Source: Candidatus Heimdallarchaeota archaeon
Lineage (GTDB): Archaea > Asgardarchaeota > Heimdallarchaeia > JABLTI01
Assembly: GCA_018238155.1 (NCBI GenBank)
Contig: JABCTZ010000032.1
Coordinates: 32,001 to 96,000 of the forward strand
Reading direction: 5' to 3'
DNA length: 64,000 bases
Part shown: one piece after another, positions 42,762-52,656 of the stretch
Layout: each line of letters begins with the position of its first letter
Numbering within the stretch: position 1 is the stretch's first letter
Made by a program: the position numbers and the translations under genes
Notes under the pieces: generated by a model
Database searches by the model: none
What the model was told of the DNA's origin: nothing
The model's input: only the letters and a program-made list of their open reading frames with translations

Positions 42762-43292
42762 ATGTCTTTTATTTTATCTTTATTTAAAAAAACTCGGAAA
42801 GTGAATATTACTATAGCAGGTTTAGATAATGCTGGAAAAACTGCTTTTATTAATTATCTACTAAGTGGCACATTTGAGAGTACAATGCCAACAGCAGGAG
42901 TAAATCGTGAAACAATTAATCTACCAAAACTACAAATAAATGTTTTTGATTTAGGTGGACAAGAAAAATTCAGAGTTATGTGGCCCCAAATTAATGAAAA
43001 ATCCAATGGGTTGATTTATGTAATCGATAGTACAGACCATGAACGATACGAAAAGACATTGGAAATTCTTTACGATATTCTCAAAAGACAAGTTAATGAT
43101 TTAATTCCAGTTCTCGTACTTTTACATAAACACGATTTGCCTAACAAGATTGAAATGGAGAAATTCTTAGTTCAAACTGAACTGACAGATTACAATATTA
43201 AATGGGCTTGTTTTGAGACATCTGCAAAAACGGGGATTGGGATAATGGTGGCTATGCAATGGTTTATTTCTGAATTGGAGGCAAAGAATTAA
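42762..43292 (+). CDS. Arf/Sar-like small GTPase
   Basis: N-terminal amphipathic MSFILSLFKK, GLDNAGKT, PTAG, DLGGQ, HKHD, ETSAK. Confidence 0.92.
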   Translation: MSFILSLFKKTRKVNITIAGLDNAGKTAFINYLLSGTFESTMPTAGVNRETINLPKLQINVFDLGGQEKFRVMWPQINEKSNGLIYVIDSTDHERYEKTLEILYDILKRQVNDLIPVLVLLHKHDLPNKIEMEKFLVQTELTDYNIKWACFETSAKTGIGIMVAMQWFISELEAKN

Positions 43293-44206
43293 TGAATAGT
43301 TTTACAACATACTTTCTAATCATTGGAACACTGAGTTCATTAACTTGCGTTATTTTTTCAAGTTTTATTCTACGAAGTTTCTTTAGAAAAAGAACCATGG
43401 GTTCTTTGTTATTAAGTATAACATTTTTATCAACAACCATTGCTGAAATTTTGCTTTGTTCAAGTTTCTATATAGAGACATTTATTAAAGGGTCAAATAT
43501 TGTAAAAATAACCGAATTTCTAACATTTACATGTTATTTATTCTTTGCTTTTAATATCGTTTTCCTTTATGTGTTCGGTAATAGATTATTACTTCATGAT
43601 AATGATATTGTACGATTATTGTTTGTTTTAGGTTTTACTTTTCTAACAGCATTCTCAGCTGGCCTTGTTTACAAGAACATTTTTTCATTGGGAAATCCAG
43701 ATTTGTACACAAAAATTTTACTTGTAGCTCCTCAACTATCAATGATTTTTCCTGAAAGATCATTTATAATTTTAGCAATATTGACTCCACTTGGAGTTAC
43801 ACCTGCTATAAGAATAATTATTGAAGCGATAAAAATTCAACGTGGAACAAAAGATCCAATCGCTAAGAAAGGGTTCCAATTCATTTGGCAAGGAACACTT
43901 TTCTGGTATCTTGGTTATAGTGCTACGTTTGGAATGTTATGGTTTGTAGAATTTATTTCAACTAATCCCATTCTAGTAACTGGGATTTTTACTTTCAAAT
44001 TTATTTTCTCAAATATCATTGGGTTTGCGTTGCTCTATTTAGGTTGGGTTATGCCTGATAGGTTCAAAAGACGATTCAGGAAGAAAGCATGGATTGTTCA
44101 AGTCCAAAATGGAGATATTGTCGCTGATCAAGAAGCATCAGCTGGAGTGTATATTCACAAAAACAATCCACAGAAACCTCAATTTGTAGAAATCACAAAT
44201 GAATAG
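43292..44206 (+). CDS. Seven-transmembrane protein
   Basis: Seven hydrophobic segments; ends LYLGWVMP followed by basic amphipathic DRFKRRFRKK; start overlaps GTPase stop (TAATG). Confidence 0.78.
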   Translation: MNSFTTYFLIIGTLSSLTCVIFSSFILRSFFRKRTMGSLLLSITFLSTTIAEILLCSSFYIETFIKGSNIVKITEFLTFTCYLFFAFNIVFLYVFGNRLLLHDNDIVRLLFVLGFTFLTAFSAGLVYKNIFSLGNPDLYTKILLVAPQLSMIFPERSFIILAILTPLGVTPAIRIIIEAIKIQRGTKDPIAKKGFQFIWQGTLFWYLGYSATFGMLWFVEFISTNPILVTGIFTFKFIFSNIIGFALLYLGWVMPDRFKRRFRKKAWIVQVQNGDIVADQEASAGVYIHKNNPQKPQFVEITNE

Positions 44207-44332
44207 TTAAAATAATTGGTAGATTTAATCTGCCTTTTTTTCTTTATTTTTGAGAAACAGTAAACATTTAATGCCTTTTTTTTAAAAGAAATTCTTCGCT
44301 GTTTAGTGTTATGTTCTTTGAAATCTAAAAAG

Positions 44333-44406
44333 TGGTGCACCGACCGGGATTTGAACCCGGGTTCCTTCCTAGGCAGAGAAGAGTCCTACCACTAGACTAT
44401 CGGTGC
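44333..44406 (-). tRNA. tRNA-Gly(GCC), CCA encoded
   Basis: Full cloverleaf: GCACCGA/TCGGTGC acceptor stem, GGTTCAAATCC T arm, anticodon loop CTGCCTA. Confidence 0.93.
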
Positions 44407-44534
44407 TCTGATATTACACACTTATCTTTTTCGAGATTTTTTACCTTTAAAGCTTTCGCAAAATGTGGTTTTTATGTATAGCACTATTTAATTACTAAAA
44501 TTGGTAATGGATAAAATCTCGTATATTGAAAATT

Positions 44535-45263
44535 CTATTGTGTGTCAAAAAACTTTAGCTTTTCATTTGAAACTTTGATGATTGATGTTGTTGGTTTTCT
44601 TTCTGCTTTATACTTTTCAAGAATAGTGATGTCCTTTGGTGAAATTGCTGGAATTAATTCAGCTTTAATTGTAGTGGGTATTTTGTGTTTCACGTCACAT
44701 TGACCCTTTCTTATTGCATTTACTAAGTCATCGTCATTTTCTAATTCATTGTGGAATTGAGTACTGATGGTACCTACTCTCTCAATATAATGGGCATCAC
44801 TTCCTCCAACTAAAGTTATTCTCATCAATTTAGCTGCTACTTCTGCAGCTCTATTTTGTGCAGATTTAGTTCTACCGTTTAATTCAATACCATCAAAATG
44901 GTGTTCATACACCTTATCTCCAATACTTGGAGCAGAAGCTCTAAATGGATGAGCACATACTGCTGCACCATCTCTATCTTTAATCCAATCAATTGTTTCA
45001 GCAACAGACTTTCGATAAATTGGTTTTTCATCAATGCCGTAAGCTAGTAAATGACCACTTTGAGTAGAAATTTCCACTCCAGTAAAAACTTTAACATTAT
45101 ATTTTCTTGCTAAATCTTTAGCTTTTAGAATCGCTGCTATGGAGTCATGATCCGTAATTGCTATACCATCTAGACCTATTGCTTTCAATTTTTTTAGGAG
45201 AATACCTATTTTAATTTTTGAATCGAAACTTGTATTCGAATGTACATGCAGATCTAGAATCAT
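44535..45263 (-). CDS. PHP-family metallophosphoesterase
   Basis: DLHVHS, AITDHD, GVEI, GH, AHPF, GGSDAH. Confidence 0.9.
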   Translation of the reverse strand: MILDLHVHSNTSFDSKIKIGILLKKLKAIGLDGIAITDHDSIAAILKAKDLARKYNVKVFTGVEISTQSGHLLAYGIDEKPIYRKSVAETIDWIKDRDGAAVCAHPFRASAPSIGDKVYEHHFDGIELNGRTKSAQNRAAEVAAKLMRITLVGGSDAHYIERVGTISTQFHNELENDDDLVNAIRKGQCDVKHKIPTTIKAELIPAISPKDITILEKYKAERKPTTSIIKVSNEKLKFFDTQ

Positions 45264-45856
45264 ATTCCGTTAAGACTCCTCTTATGATATAGCGGAATGA
45301 CACTCAAAATCTAGTAGGCACTTTTACTTAATAACCTCTAGTTTAGAGGCAAAAATGGTTGAAAGAGTTTTCTATTCAAAGAATACATGAGATTTCTCAT
45401 ACCATCATTTTCACTATTTCTTCCGCTTGTTTGATTTCTTGGGGTATGTTTTATTCACTGACAAATTCGTCATTCTATTTTGAAATTACTAAAATTCATG
45501 TTAGAAAAATATTTTAAAGACCAGTTCTACAAAAACAGTAGAGGTATTTCAATGAGGAATAGTGTTCTTCTTAACTGGTGATGATTTTACTTTTCAAAAG
45601 AGTCCTTACAGCAAAGAAGGCACATGTGCTCAAAGAATTTCTTTCTCTTTTGTGAAAGCTTCTATTGAAAGAATTAACATTAGAATCAGTAGTAGCAACC
45701 AATGGAGCTCAAATTTAAAAGCTATTTTTACCTATGTTGTAAGCTCTAATAATAATAAGAGTTTTAAACAATCTAATTGCTGTTCTTTCATTGGTGTTTC
45801 AGAGTTAATCACAAGCAAAGGCATTTGTAAAATTATTATTGGAGTTAAAAAGAATA

Positions 45857-48709
45857 ATGAGTGAATACGATCCAAGCAAAGTGGAGCCAAAATGGCAACA
45901 GCGATGGGCAGAAGCAAAAGCTTTCGAAGCTAATGTTGATCATGCTAAAAAGAAATTTATGACTACGTTTCCAATCGCTTATCTTAATGGTAGTATCCAT
46001 GCCGGACATGGTTATACTACAATGAAAGTCGATTCATATGCACGCTTCAAACGTATGCTTGGTTTCAATGTGGTTTTTCCTCAAGGTTGGCATGCAACAG
46101 GACAACCTATCCAGGGTGTAGCAGAACGGTTGAAAAAGGGTGATGAAGTTCAAAAACGAATCTTACTTCAAAGTGGAGTTACTGATAAAGAATTAAGTAA
46201 ATTCACTGATCCTCTTCACATTTCCAATTATTATAAAAATCATGCGAAAAGAGATTTTATTCTCTTTGGCGTAAGTATTGATTGGCGTCGAGAATTTGTT
46301 ACAACTCCACTCTGTCCACCATTTAGTAGGTTTATTGAATGGCAATATGAAACTTTGAGAAAGTTGGGTTATGTAAAGAAAGGCACTCACCCTGTTATTT
46401 GGTGTTCGCATTGTTTGAGCCCAACTGGAGATCATGATCGATTAAAAGGTGAAGGTGTTTCCTCTACAGAATTTATTGTCATAAAATTCCCATTTGAAGG
46501 TGGATATCTAGTACCGGCAACTTTGCGTCCTGAAACTATTTTTGGCGTCACCAATATGTGGATTCATCCAGATGGTGATTATGTAGAAGCTGAAGTTGAT
46601 GGCGAAAAATGGTTTGTTAGTGAACATGCAATTATCAAGTTAAAGGACCAACTACATACCGTTAAAATAATTCGTAAATTCAAAGGGATCGAAATCATCG
46701 GGAAATCTTGTCACACACCTGTGCGAGAAGAAGATGTGAAAATATTACCTGCAACTTTTGTAGCTGTGGATCATACCACCGGTGTGGTTATGAGCGTTCC
46801 AAGTCATGCACCCTTTGATTATGTTGCTTTGAGAGATTTGAAAAATAACCCTGATATGCTAACTAAATATGGTTTACCTGCTGATTTTGCAGATGACATT
46901 AATTTAATTTCAATGATAAAAACAGAAGGTTTAGATGAGCATCCCGCAAAAGATATTATAGAAAAAATGAGTATTGAATCACAAGATGATCCCAAAACCG
47001 AAGAAGCCACTCAAACGATTTACAAAGAAGAATTCCATAAAGGATTAATGCGTGAAAATTGTGGAAAATACGCCAAAACCAAAGTGAGCGATATCAAAGA
47101 TATTCTAATAAAAGATTTGCAAGTTGATAAAATTACTTCTATATTGTTGGAACCGGCTGAACCTGTCATCTGTCGATGTTCAACTAAAAATCATGTTAAA
47201 ATCTTGAAAGACCAGTGGTTTATTGCTTATGGTGATCAGAAGTGGAAAAAGAAAGCCATGAATCACCTAGATAAAAAGATGACTATTTATCCCCCTGAAG
47301 CAAAACAAGCTTTTGTATATACTATCAATTGGTTACGAGATAAAGCATGTGCACGCAAAAGTGGTCTAGGAACTCCTTTACCATGGGATAAGGATTGGTT
47401 AGTGGAAACATTATCGGATAGCACGGTATATATGGCATATTATACAATAGCACGAATTATCAATGAACATGATATCAAACCAGAACAATTACCAAATGAA
47501 TTGTTTGATTATCTTTTCAGAAATAAAGCAACAATCGAAGAGGCAATTGAGAAATCTGGTTTGCCGAAAGAGTTAGCTGAAGAAATGAAAGAAGAGTTCG
47601 AATATTTCTACCCTCCTGATTTCCGTGCAAGTGCAAAAGAATTGATCTTTAATCATTTCACTTTCTACATCTTTCAACATTTAGCATTGTTTCCCAAGAA
47701 TCACTATCCATTAGAAATCGAAGCAAATGGTATGATAATGATTGAAGGTGGGAAAATGAGTAAAAGTGGAGGAAATTCTGTAACTCTCAAAAAGCTAATA
47801 GAAAAATTCGGTACAGATGCTACACGATTTGGTTTGGCTTTTTGTGGTGAAGGATATGCTGATGCAAGTTTCCGATTTGCAGATGCAGAAGCTGCAGGTC
47901 GAAGAATGAAGACACTGTTCAATGACATTACTACTACAACATTCTCTGATGGAGAAAAGAGAATTGATCAATGGCTCATTAGTCGTTTGCAAAAGAAAAT
48001 ACTTGAAACAACAGACCATTATCAAAATGTTCGTACTAGAAGTGCTATCGGCTCAGCATTCTTCGACATTCTGAACGATTTGAAATGGTATGAAGCGAGA
48101 TCTGAAAATATAAAAGGTCCTGGATATAGAGAAGCATTATTGACATTAGTTGATTTAATGACTCCAATTATACCACATTTTGCAGAAGAAGTGAATGAAA
48201 TCATTAGGGAAACAAAGAATGGTTTTGCATCATTTCGTTCATTCCCCAAAGTAGATAAAAAACGCATTAAGATTATTTTGGAACAAGAAGAGCAACTAAT
48301 TAAAAATGTCAAAGAAGATATTGATGGCATTTTTGATGCAATTAAGAAACAAGAAAAGAAACAACCATCAAAAATCGAAATATTTGTTGCACCAAAATGG
48401 ATGTATAAAATATTGAAAATTCGTCGTGAAGAACCAGAAAATCTCATCAAAGCTATCATGGAACATGATGATATTAAAAAGAATGGCAACAAAGCGGTCA
48501 AATATGCTCAGAAATTAACTAAGCATCCCGGAATCGATTCAACATTGAATATCAAATCGGAATTTGCTGCTATTACAGATGCTAAAAATTACTTCAAGCG
48601 AGAATACAATATTAAGGAATTTCTAATTACATTTGCTTCCAAATCATCTCATCCTAAAGCAAATGTGGCAGAACCTGGTCGTCCTGGTATTGCTATTGAT
48701 TTTTCCTAA
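45857..48709 (+). CDS. leuS: Leucine--tRNA ligase (archaeal/eukaryotic type)
   Basis: YLNGSIHAGH, ATLRPET, VMSVPSHAPFDY, ETLSDSTVYMAYY, KMSKS, AEPGRPGI. Confidence 0.96.
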   Translation: MSEYDPSKVEPKWQQRWAEAKAFEANVDHAKKKFMTTFPIAYLNGSIHAGHGYTTMKVDSYARFKRMLGFNVVFPQGWHATGQPIQGVAERLKKGDEVQKRILLQSGVTDKELSKFTDPLHISNYYKNHAKRDFILFGVSIDWRREFVTTPLCPPFSRFIEWQYETLRKLGYVKKGTHPVIWCSHCLSPTGDHDRLKGEGVSSTEFIVIKFPFEGGYLVPATLRPETIFGVTNMWIHPDGDYVEAEVDGEKWFVSEHAIIKLKDQLHTVKIIRKFKGIEIIGKSCHTPVREEDVKILPATFVAVDHTTGVVMSVPSHAPFDYVALRDLKNNPDMLTKYGLPADFADDINLISMIKTEGLDEHPAKDIIEKMSIESQDDPKTEEATQTIYKEEFHKGLMRENCGKYAKTKVSDIKDILIKDLQVDKITSILLEPAEPVICRCSTKNHVKILKDQWFIAYGDQKWKKKAMNHLDKKMTIYPPEAKQAFVYTINWLRDKACARKSGLGTPLPWDKDWLVETLSDSTVYMAYYTIARIINEHDIKPEQLPNELFDYLFRNKATIEEAIEKSGLPKELAEEMKEEFEYFYPPDFRASAKELIFNHFTFYIFQHLALFPKNHYPLEIEANGMIMIEGGKMSKSGGNSVTLKKLIEKFGTDATRFGLAFCGEGYADASFRFADAEAAGRRMKTLFNDITTTTFSDGEKRIDQWLISRLQKKILETTDHYQNVRTRSAIGSAFFDILNDLKWYEARSENIKGPGYREALLTLVDLMTPIIPHFAEEVNEIIRETKNGFASFRSFPKVDKKRIKIILEQEEQLIKNVKEDIDGIFDAIKKQEKKQPSKIEIFVAPKWMYKILKIRREEPENLIKAIMEHDDIKKNGNKAVKYAQKLTKHPGIDSTLNIKSEFAAITDAKNYFKREYNIKEFLITFASKSSHPKANVAEPGRPGIAIDFS

Positions 48710-48722
48710 ATCAGAATCCAAA

Positions 48723-48748
48723 TGCTTCCTGTTTTAGGAAGCAAAAAA
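48723..48748. terminator. Hairpin between convergent leuS and tsaA
   Basis: tgcttcct-gtttt-aggaagca followed by an A run. Confidence 0.55.
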
Positions 48749-48767
48749 TACTTTTCTTCTTAATTTT

Positions 48768-49217
48768 TCATTCTTGCTTCTTTGGATGTGCAATTGCTTC
48801 CATAAAATCTGGTAAAGCAGTATCGATAATACAATCGGATTTTGGAATGTAAGGTTTGAGATCAATAACTGGTGTGTTGTTGAATGCATCCGATTTATCA
48901 ATGTAGATTTTATTATCTAACACCTCTAAAATTTCCACTATTGTTAAACCAATTGGGTTTGGTCGTAAAGGTGATCGACAAGCAAAAACTCCCGTAAGAG
49001 GTGAGTTCTCTCTATTTCCATCAACACAAGGGAAAACTTGAAGCCGAGCTCTATCTTCTTTTGTATCTCTCCCCTCAATCCACCAAATTGTAATTAGATG
49101 TGAAAATTTGCTTAGATTCAATAATCCCGATTGATATTCTTTTTTAACCTCAATCCATGTTTTTGTTTCATTTTTTCGAATAAAACCTATAGGGTTCACT
49201 TTGAATTTCTTCTTCAT
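48768..49217 (-). CDS. tsaA: TsaA/TrmO tRNA m6t6A37 methyltransferase family
   Basis: PIGFI, FSHL, GVFACRSPLRPNPIGLT, TPVIDLKPY. Confidence 0.9.
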   Translation of the reverse strand: MKKKFKVNPIGFIRKNETKTWIEVKKEYQSGLLNLSKFSHLITIWWIEGRDTKEDRARLQVFPCVDGNRENSPLTGVFACRSPLRPNPIGLTIVEILEVLDNKIYIDKSDAFNNTPVIDLKPYIPKSDCIIDTALPDFMEAIAHPKKQE

Positions 49218-49338
49218 TATTTGTTCCTCGAATTTGTGTTTCTTTCAATAGTTTTTAATGATAGTTCGTACATTAACTAAATATTAAATCTTTTAAAGCA
49301 CAAAAATTATTGTTGCTTTAAACTGAGGTTGTAATTCC

Positions 49339-51543
49339 ATGGCAGACAAGCAACGATATAACACTACTTTATGGACGATTATAATTATCTTTTTGGTGAT
49401 CTCAACAAGTGGAATATTCTTCCTAGCATTTTATATTCCACAAGGATCAGGAGGAAAAGGTGTTAAAATAGCTATTTTAGATACCGGTATAAACATGGAT
49501 GCAAAAATTGCTGGTTATAAAGTTTCAAAGCATTTAAGTGACAGAGTAATTTTAAAGAAAAATTTCGCAACAACGGAATATGGTTTTGATAAAAATTGTA
49601 CCATTGTTGACGATACATCTGTTTTACATGGAACTATTATTGCCCTAACAATTGCAGGCAAAGCAGATGGAATTGCACCTGAATCAGAATTAATTATTGG
49701 GCGGTGTGCAGACACAGATGGTTCTGCAAGTTATGAAGCATTATTGGCTGCTTTTCTTTGGGCAGTGAATGAAGCTGATGCTGATATCGTTAATATTTCT
49801 CTTGGTGGAGGAATATTATATAATGATACTGTTGTTGAAGCTATAAACCGCGCAACTCTAGAAAAGGGTGTGTTGACAGTTGTTTCAGCTGGGAACAGTG
49901 GTGATGAGTTACGATACTCACTATCATCGATTAATGGTCCCGCAAATGCGTTACAATCAATCGCTGTTGGAGCTGTTGATTTTCTTGGTGTTTCTTCTTA
50001 CAGTAGTTTAGGACCTCTAAAAAATCATCAAATAAAACCTGATTTACTTGATTCTGGTTTTGGGTTGAATGTTCTTGGAACGAGTTTCGCAGCACCAAAA
50101 ATTGCCGCTAAAGCCGCAGTGTTACTTTCATGGTGTAGAGAACAAGGATATATTTCATCACCTGGGTTGCTAAAAGCTGCTTTAATGCGAAGTGCTGACG
50201 TCAATATTGATTATCCCGTCCAATTTGGAGGAGCAGGTCTTCCAAGTGTTGAGGAAGCTAAAAAAATTATTACCGATGCAACAAAAATAAATGATGTGCC
50301 TATTCTTTCTTACATATTACCAAGAGAGTTACCCTTCGGTATTTCTGAGGTCTTTCAAGGTGATATTTGGTCTTTCCCATTAACAATAATCTCTTCACAA
50401 GAAATTGATTACACAATAACTTCGGATATTTCATCCGATAATTCAATAATATCGATTGCAAATAGTTTTACAAACAATCAAACTGGTATTTTAGACTGTC
50501 ATTTTGATGTTCCTTCAAATTTCACACCAACAAACAATTATTACGAGCAATTCACATTCACGAACCAATTTGCTGGAACTATTCATCTAAATATTTCTGT
50601 AGATGTAGCAAAACCAATAGTACGCATTGGATTTGATGTTTATCATTCCTTATGGAGTAATGATCATTTATTAGGTCAATTTCTTGAAATGAGAAATTAT
50701 CTAGCTGATGAATCAATAGCATTAATTGAACTCGGATCTCCTGAGAATTACACTGATTTAAGTAACTACGATGCAGTGATATTACCAGATCCAAATTCCT
50801 TTGGTTCCTACATCAATTCAATAAATCAAATGGAATATTTCTATAGACCATTTTCTAATGATACTATTACGGCATTAGTCGATTTTGTCAATAATGGAAA
50901 AGGATTATTCATATTGACGACTGATGCTGATTCTTCCAATATCACAGAAACAAATCGACTATTACAAAATTTCAATATTACCGCAACTAAATTTAGTGTC
51001 CCTTCGACAGAAGTAGACCTTGAAGACGGAACATATGCTGTAGTAAAAATAACAGACTTCTTAGAAAATCACCCGATTATTGCTGGTGAAATTGAAAAAA
51101 TTGATTTTTATGGTGCAATATTAAATGTCTCTGGAGATAATGCACAAGAAATTGCTTGGGGTAAAGGTTCAACTGGTACTTTAAAACCTGTATTAGCTGG
51201 ATTTAATACTTCTCTCTCCAGCTCTGGAAGAGTGCTAGTTTCAGGATCAAATTTCATGATTGATAATTGGGGTATTAATAATGGATATGGCGCAACAGAT
51301 AATCTGAAATTTCTTTACAATGTTATTTCATGGATAACAAATACAACAATTAACTTGCATATATTGAGTAATCCATCACAAAGTGAAGTTTTTTCGAGCT
51401 ATAAGGATTTGCCACAACAACTTGGAATAAATACTGTTATAACAATAAATAGTAGTCAATCAATAGAAACAATGACTTTAGGTATCACATTAAATGTGAT
51501 GTCCTTAAATGAAGAAAAGAAAAAAAGATTCTTTTCTTTCTAA
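49339..51543 (+). CDS. Membrane-anchored S8 subtilase with SKI-1/S1P-like C-terminal domains
   Basis: ILDTG, HGT, SAGNSG, GTSFAAP; N-terminal TM; C-terminal FDVYH..DH..F..M..YL..ELGSP..DLSNY, GRVLVSG. Confidence 0.85.
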   Translation: MADKQRYNTTLWTIIIIFLVISTSGIFFLAFYIPQGSGGKGVKIAILDTGINMDAKIAGYKVSKHLSDRVILKKNFATTEYGFDKNCTIVDDTSVLHGTIIALTIAGKADGIAPESELIIGRCADTDGSASYEALLAAFLWAVNEADADIVNISLGGGILYNDTVVEAINRATLEKGVLTVVSAGNSGDELRYSLSSINGPANALQSIAVGAVDFLGVSSYSSLGPLKNHQIKPDLLDSGFGLNVLGTSFAAPKIAAKAAVLLSWCREQGYISSPGLLKAALMRSADVNIDYPVQFGGAGLPSVEEAKKIITDATKINDVPILSYILPRELPFGISEVFQGDIWSFPLTIISSQEIDYTITSDISSDNSIISIANSFTNNQTGILDCHFDVPSNFTPTNNYYEQFTFTNQFAGTIHLNISVDVAKPIVRIGFDVYHSLWSNDHLLGQFLEMRNYLADESIALIELGSPENYTDLSNYDAVILPDPNSFGSYINSINQMEYFYRPFSNDTITALVDFVNNGKGLFILTTDADSSNITETNRLLQNFNITATKFSVPSTEVDLEDGTYAVVKITDFLENHPIIAGEIEKIDFYGAILNVSGDNAQEIAWGKGSTGTLKPVLAGFNTSLSSSGRVLVSGSNFMIDNWGINNGYGATDNLKFLYNVISWITNTTINLHILSNPSQSEVFSSYKDLPQQLGINTVITINSSQSIETMTLGITLNVMSLNEEKKKRFFSF

Positions 51544-51550
51544 TATTTTT

Positions 51551-52375
51551 TTAGAATAAGAAAGCAATGGACTTTTTCTTTTTGTCTGCCCATTCAATAT
51601 ATCCTTTTTCATGCATGAGTTTGAAAATCCTTTTGAGATCCTGTTGAGGTATAGAACTCCAAGGTTGTCCTGCATCTTGAATGTCAAATAATGTCATTAC
51701 TCTCTCTGCACTTGCGGCTCTACCAGTTTTAATACTCCACTCATAGATGATATCTCCCCATTCATCAAGAGTTCGCCAATACAAGCGCAATCGTATCTTC
51801 TTCTTATCCCACCAAATTCCCATCTCTTGAGCAACAATATAATCACCAATTTCTTGAAATTGCTCTCTATCTAGTTTTTTCTTTACTGTTTTATTGTTAA
51901 ATGGGTAGTTTGAGCTTTCTTCTTCGACATGGATTATGTGTTTGATATTTATTCTAGCATAGTCCATAATAAAGTTAGACCAATCTGAAGACCACGAATC
52001 AAGCTGTTTTTGATGTTCTGGTGTGACATACATCCAAGGTTTATCAATCCATTCCGGAAGAATCTCTTTTAACTGTCTTTCGATATCTTGTCCAAGATCA
52101 AAAAGGTCCTCTCGAGATATTGCTACATCAGATTCGATTAATTGTTCAATTCGAAGCATCGCATTGAATATCTTTTCTTCTGTTGTTACTGGATTTTCTA
52201 TTAAAGAAATAGTAATTGTTGCTTCTTTTGGTGGTTTAATTTTAATTTTAGATTTCTCAGCGGGTATTTCTTCTTTAACTTTTTCTTTTTTTACTTTTTC
52301 CTTTACAGCGACTTGATCTGTCTTGTTACGTTTGGATTTCGTTTTTCCTTTCTTTTTCTTCGGTTTTATTGACAT
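51551..52375 (-). CDS. vps25: ESCRT-II Vps25-like protein with Lys-rich N-terminal extension
   Basis: W..FIMDY, PFNN..VKKKL, W.DK....YWRTLDEWGDIIYEW..TG..VMTLFDI match Vps25 tandem winged helices. Confidence 0.85.
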   Translation of the reverse strand: MSIKPKKKKGKTKSKRNKTDQVAVKEKVKKEKVKEEIPAEKSKIKIKPPKEATITISLIENPVTTEEKIFNAMLRIEQLIESDVAISREDLFDLGQDIERQLKEILPEWIDKPWMYVTPEHQKQLDSWSSDWSNFIMDYARINIKHIIHVEEESSNYPFNNKTVKKKLDREQFQEIGDYIVAQEMGIWWDKKKIRLRLYWRTLDEWGDIIYEWSIKTGRAASAERVMTLFDIQDAGQPWSSIPQQDLKRIFKLMHEKGYIEWADKKKKSIAFLF

Positions 52376-52656
52376 AACGCATTCCCGCTAAATAATAAAA
52401 TAATAGTGTAAACAATCTATTTTAAACTATTTTCCTTATACTCTTTTGTTTACAGATCAAATAATATATTCATTTTGTAGTAATAATCATTTTTATATTT
52501 TATCGAATATGTAATATATTGATGTTCAATAATAGGCAAATCATCTGCGCCACGATTGAAAAACTTAGTAATCATTCGATTGGTACAAACAATTTCCAAA
52601 GAAAGATCTTTGTTTTATGTCTGAGAAAGATAATGGAATATCTTTGAAAGATTGTT

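Noticed and set aside
43292-44206. 7TM protein as a rhodopsin (Lys in TM7, FTFKF)
   Set aside because: No DxxxK/SxxxK context and no helix-C RYxxW-type motif; the Lys sits early in the helix
45562-45864. 100-aa ORF upstream of leuS
   Set aside because: Atypical composition, no recognisable family, overlaps the leuS start
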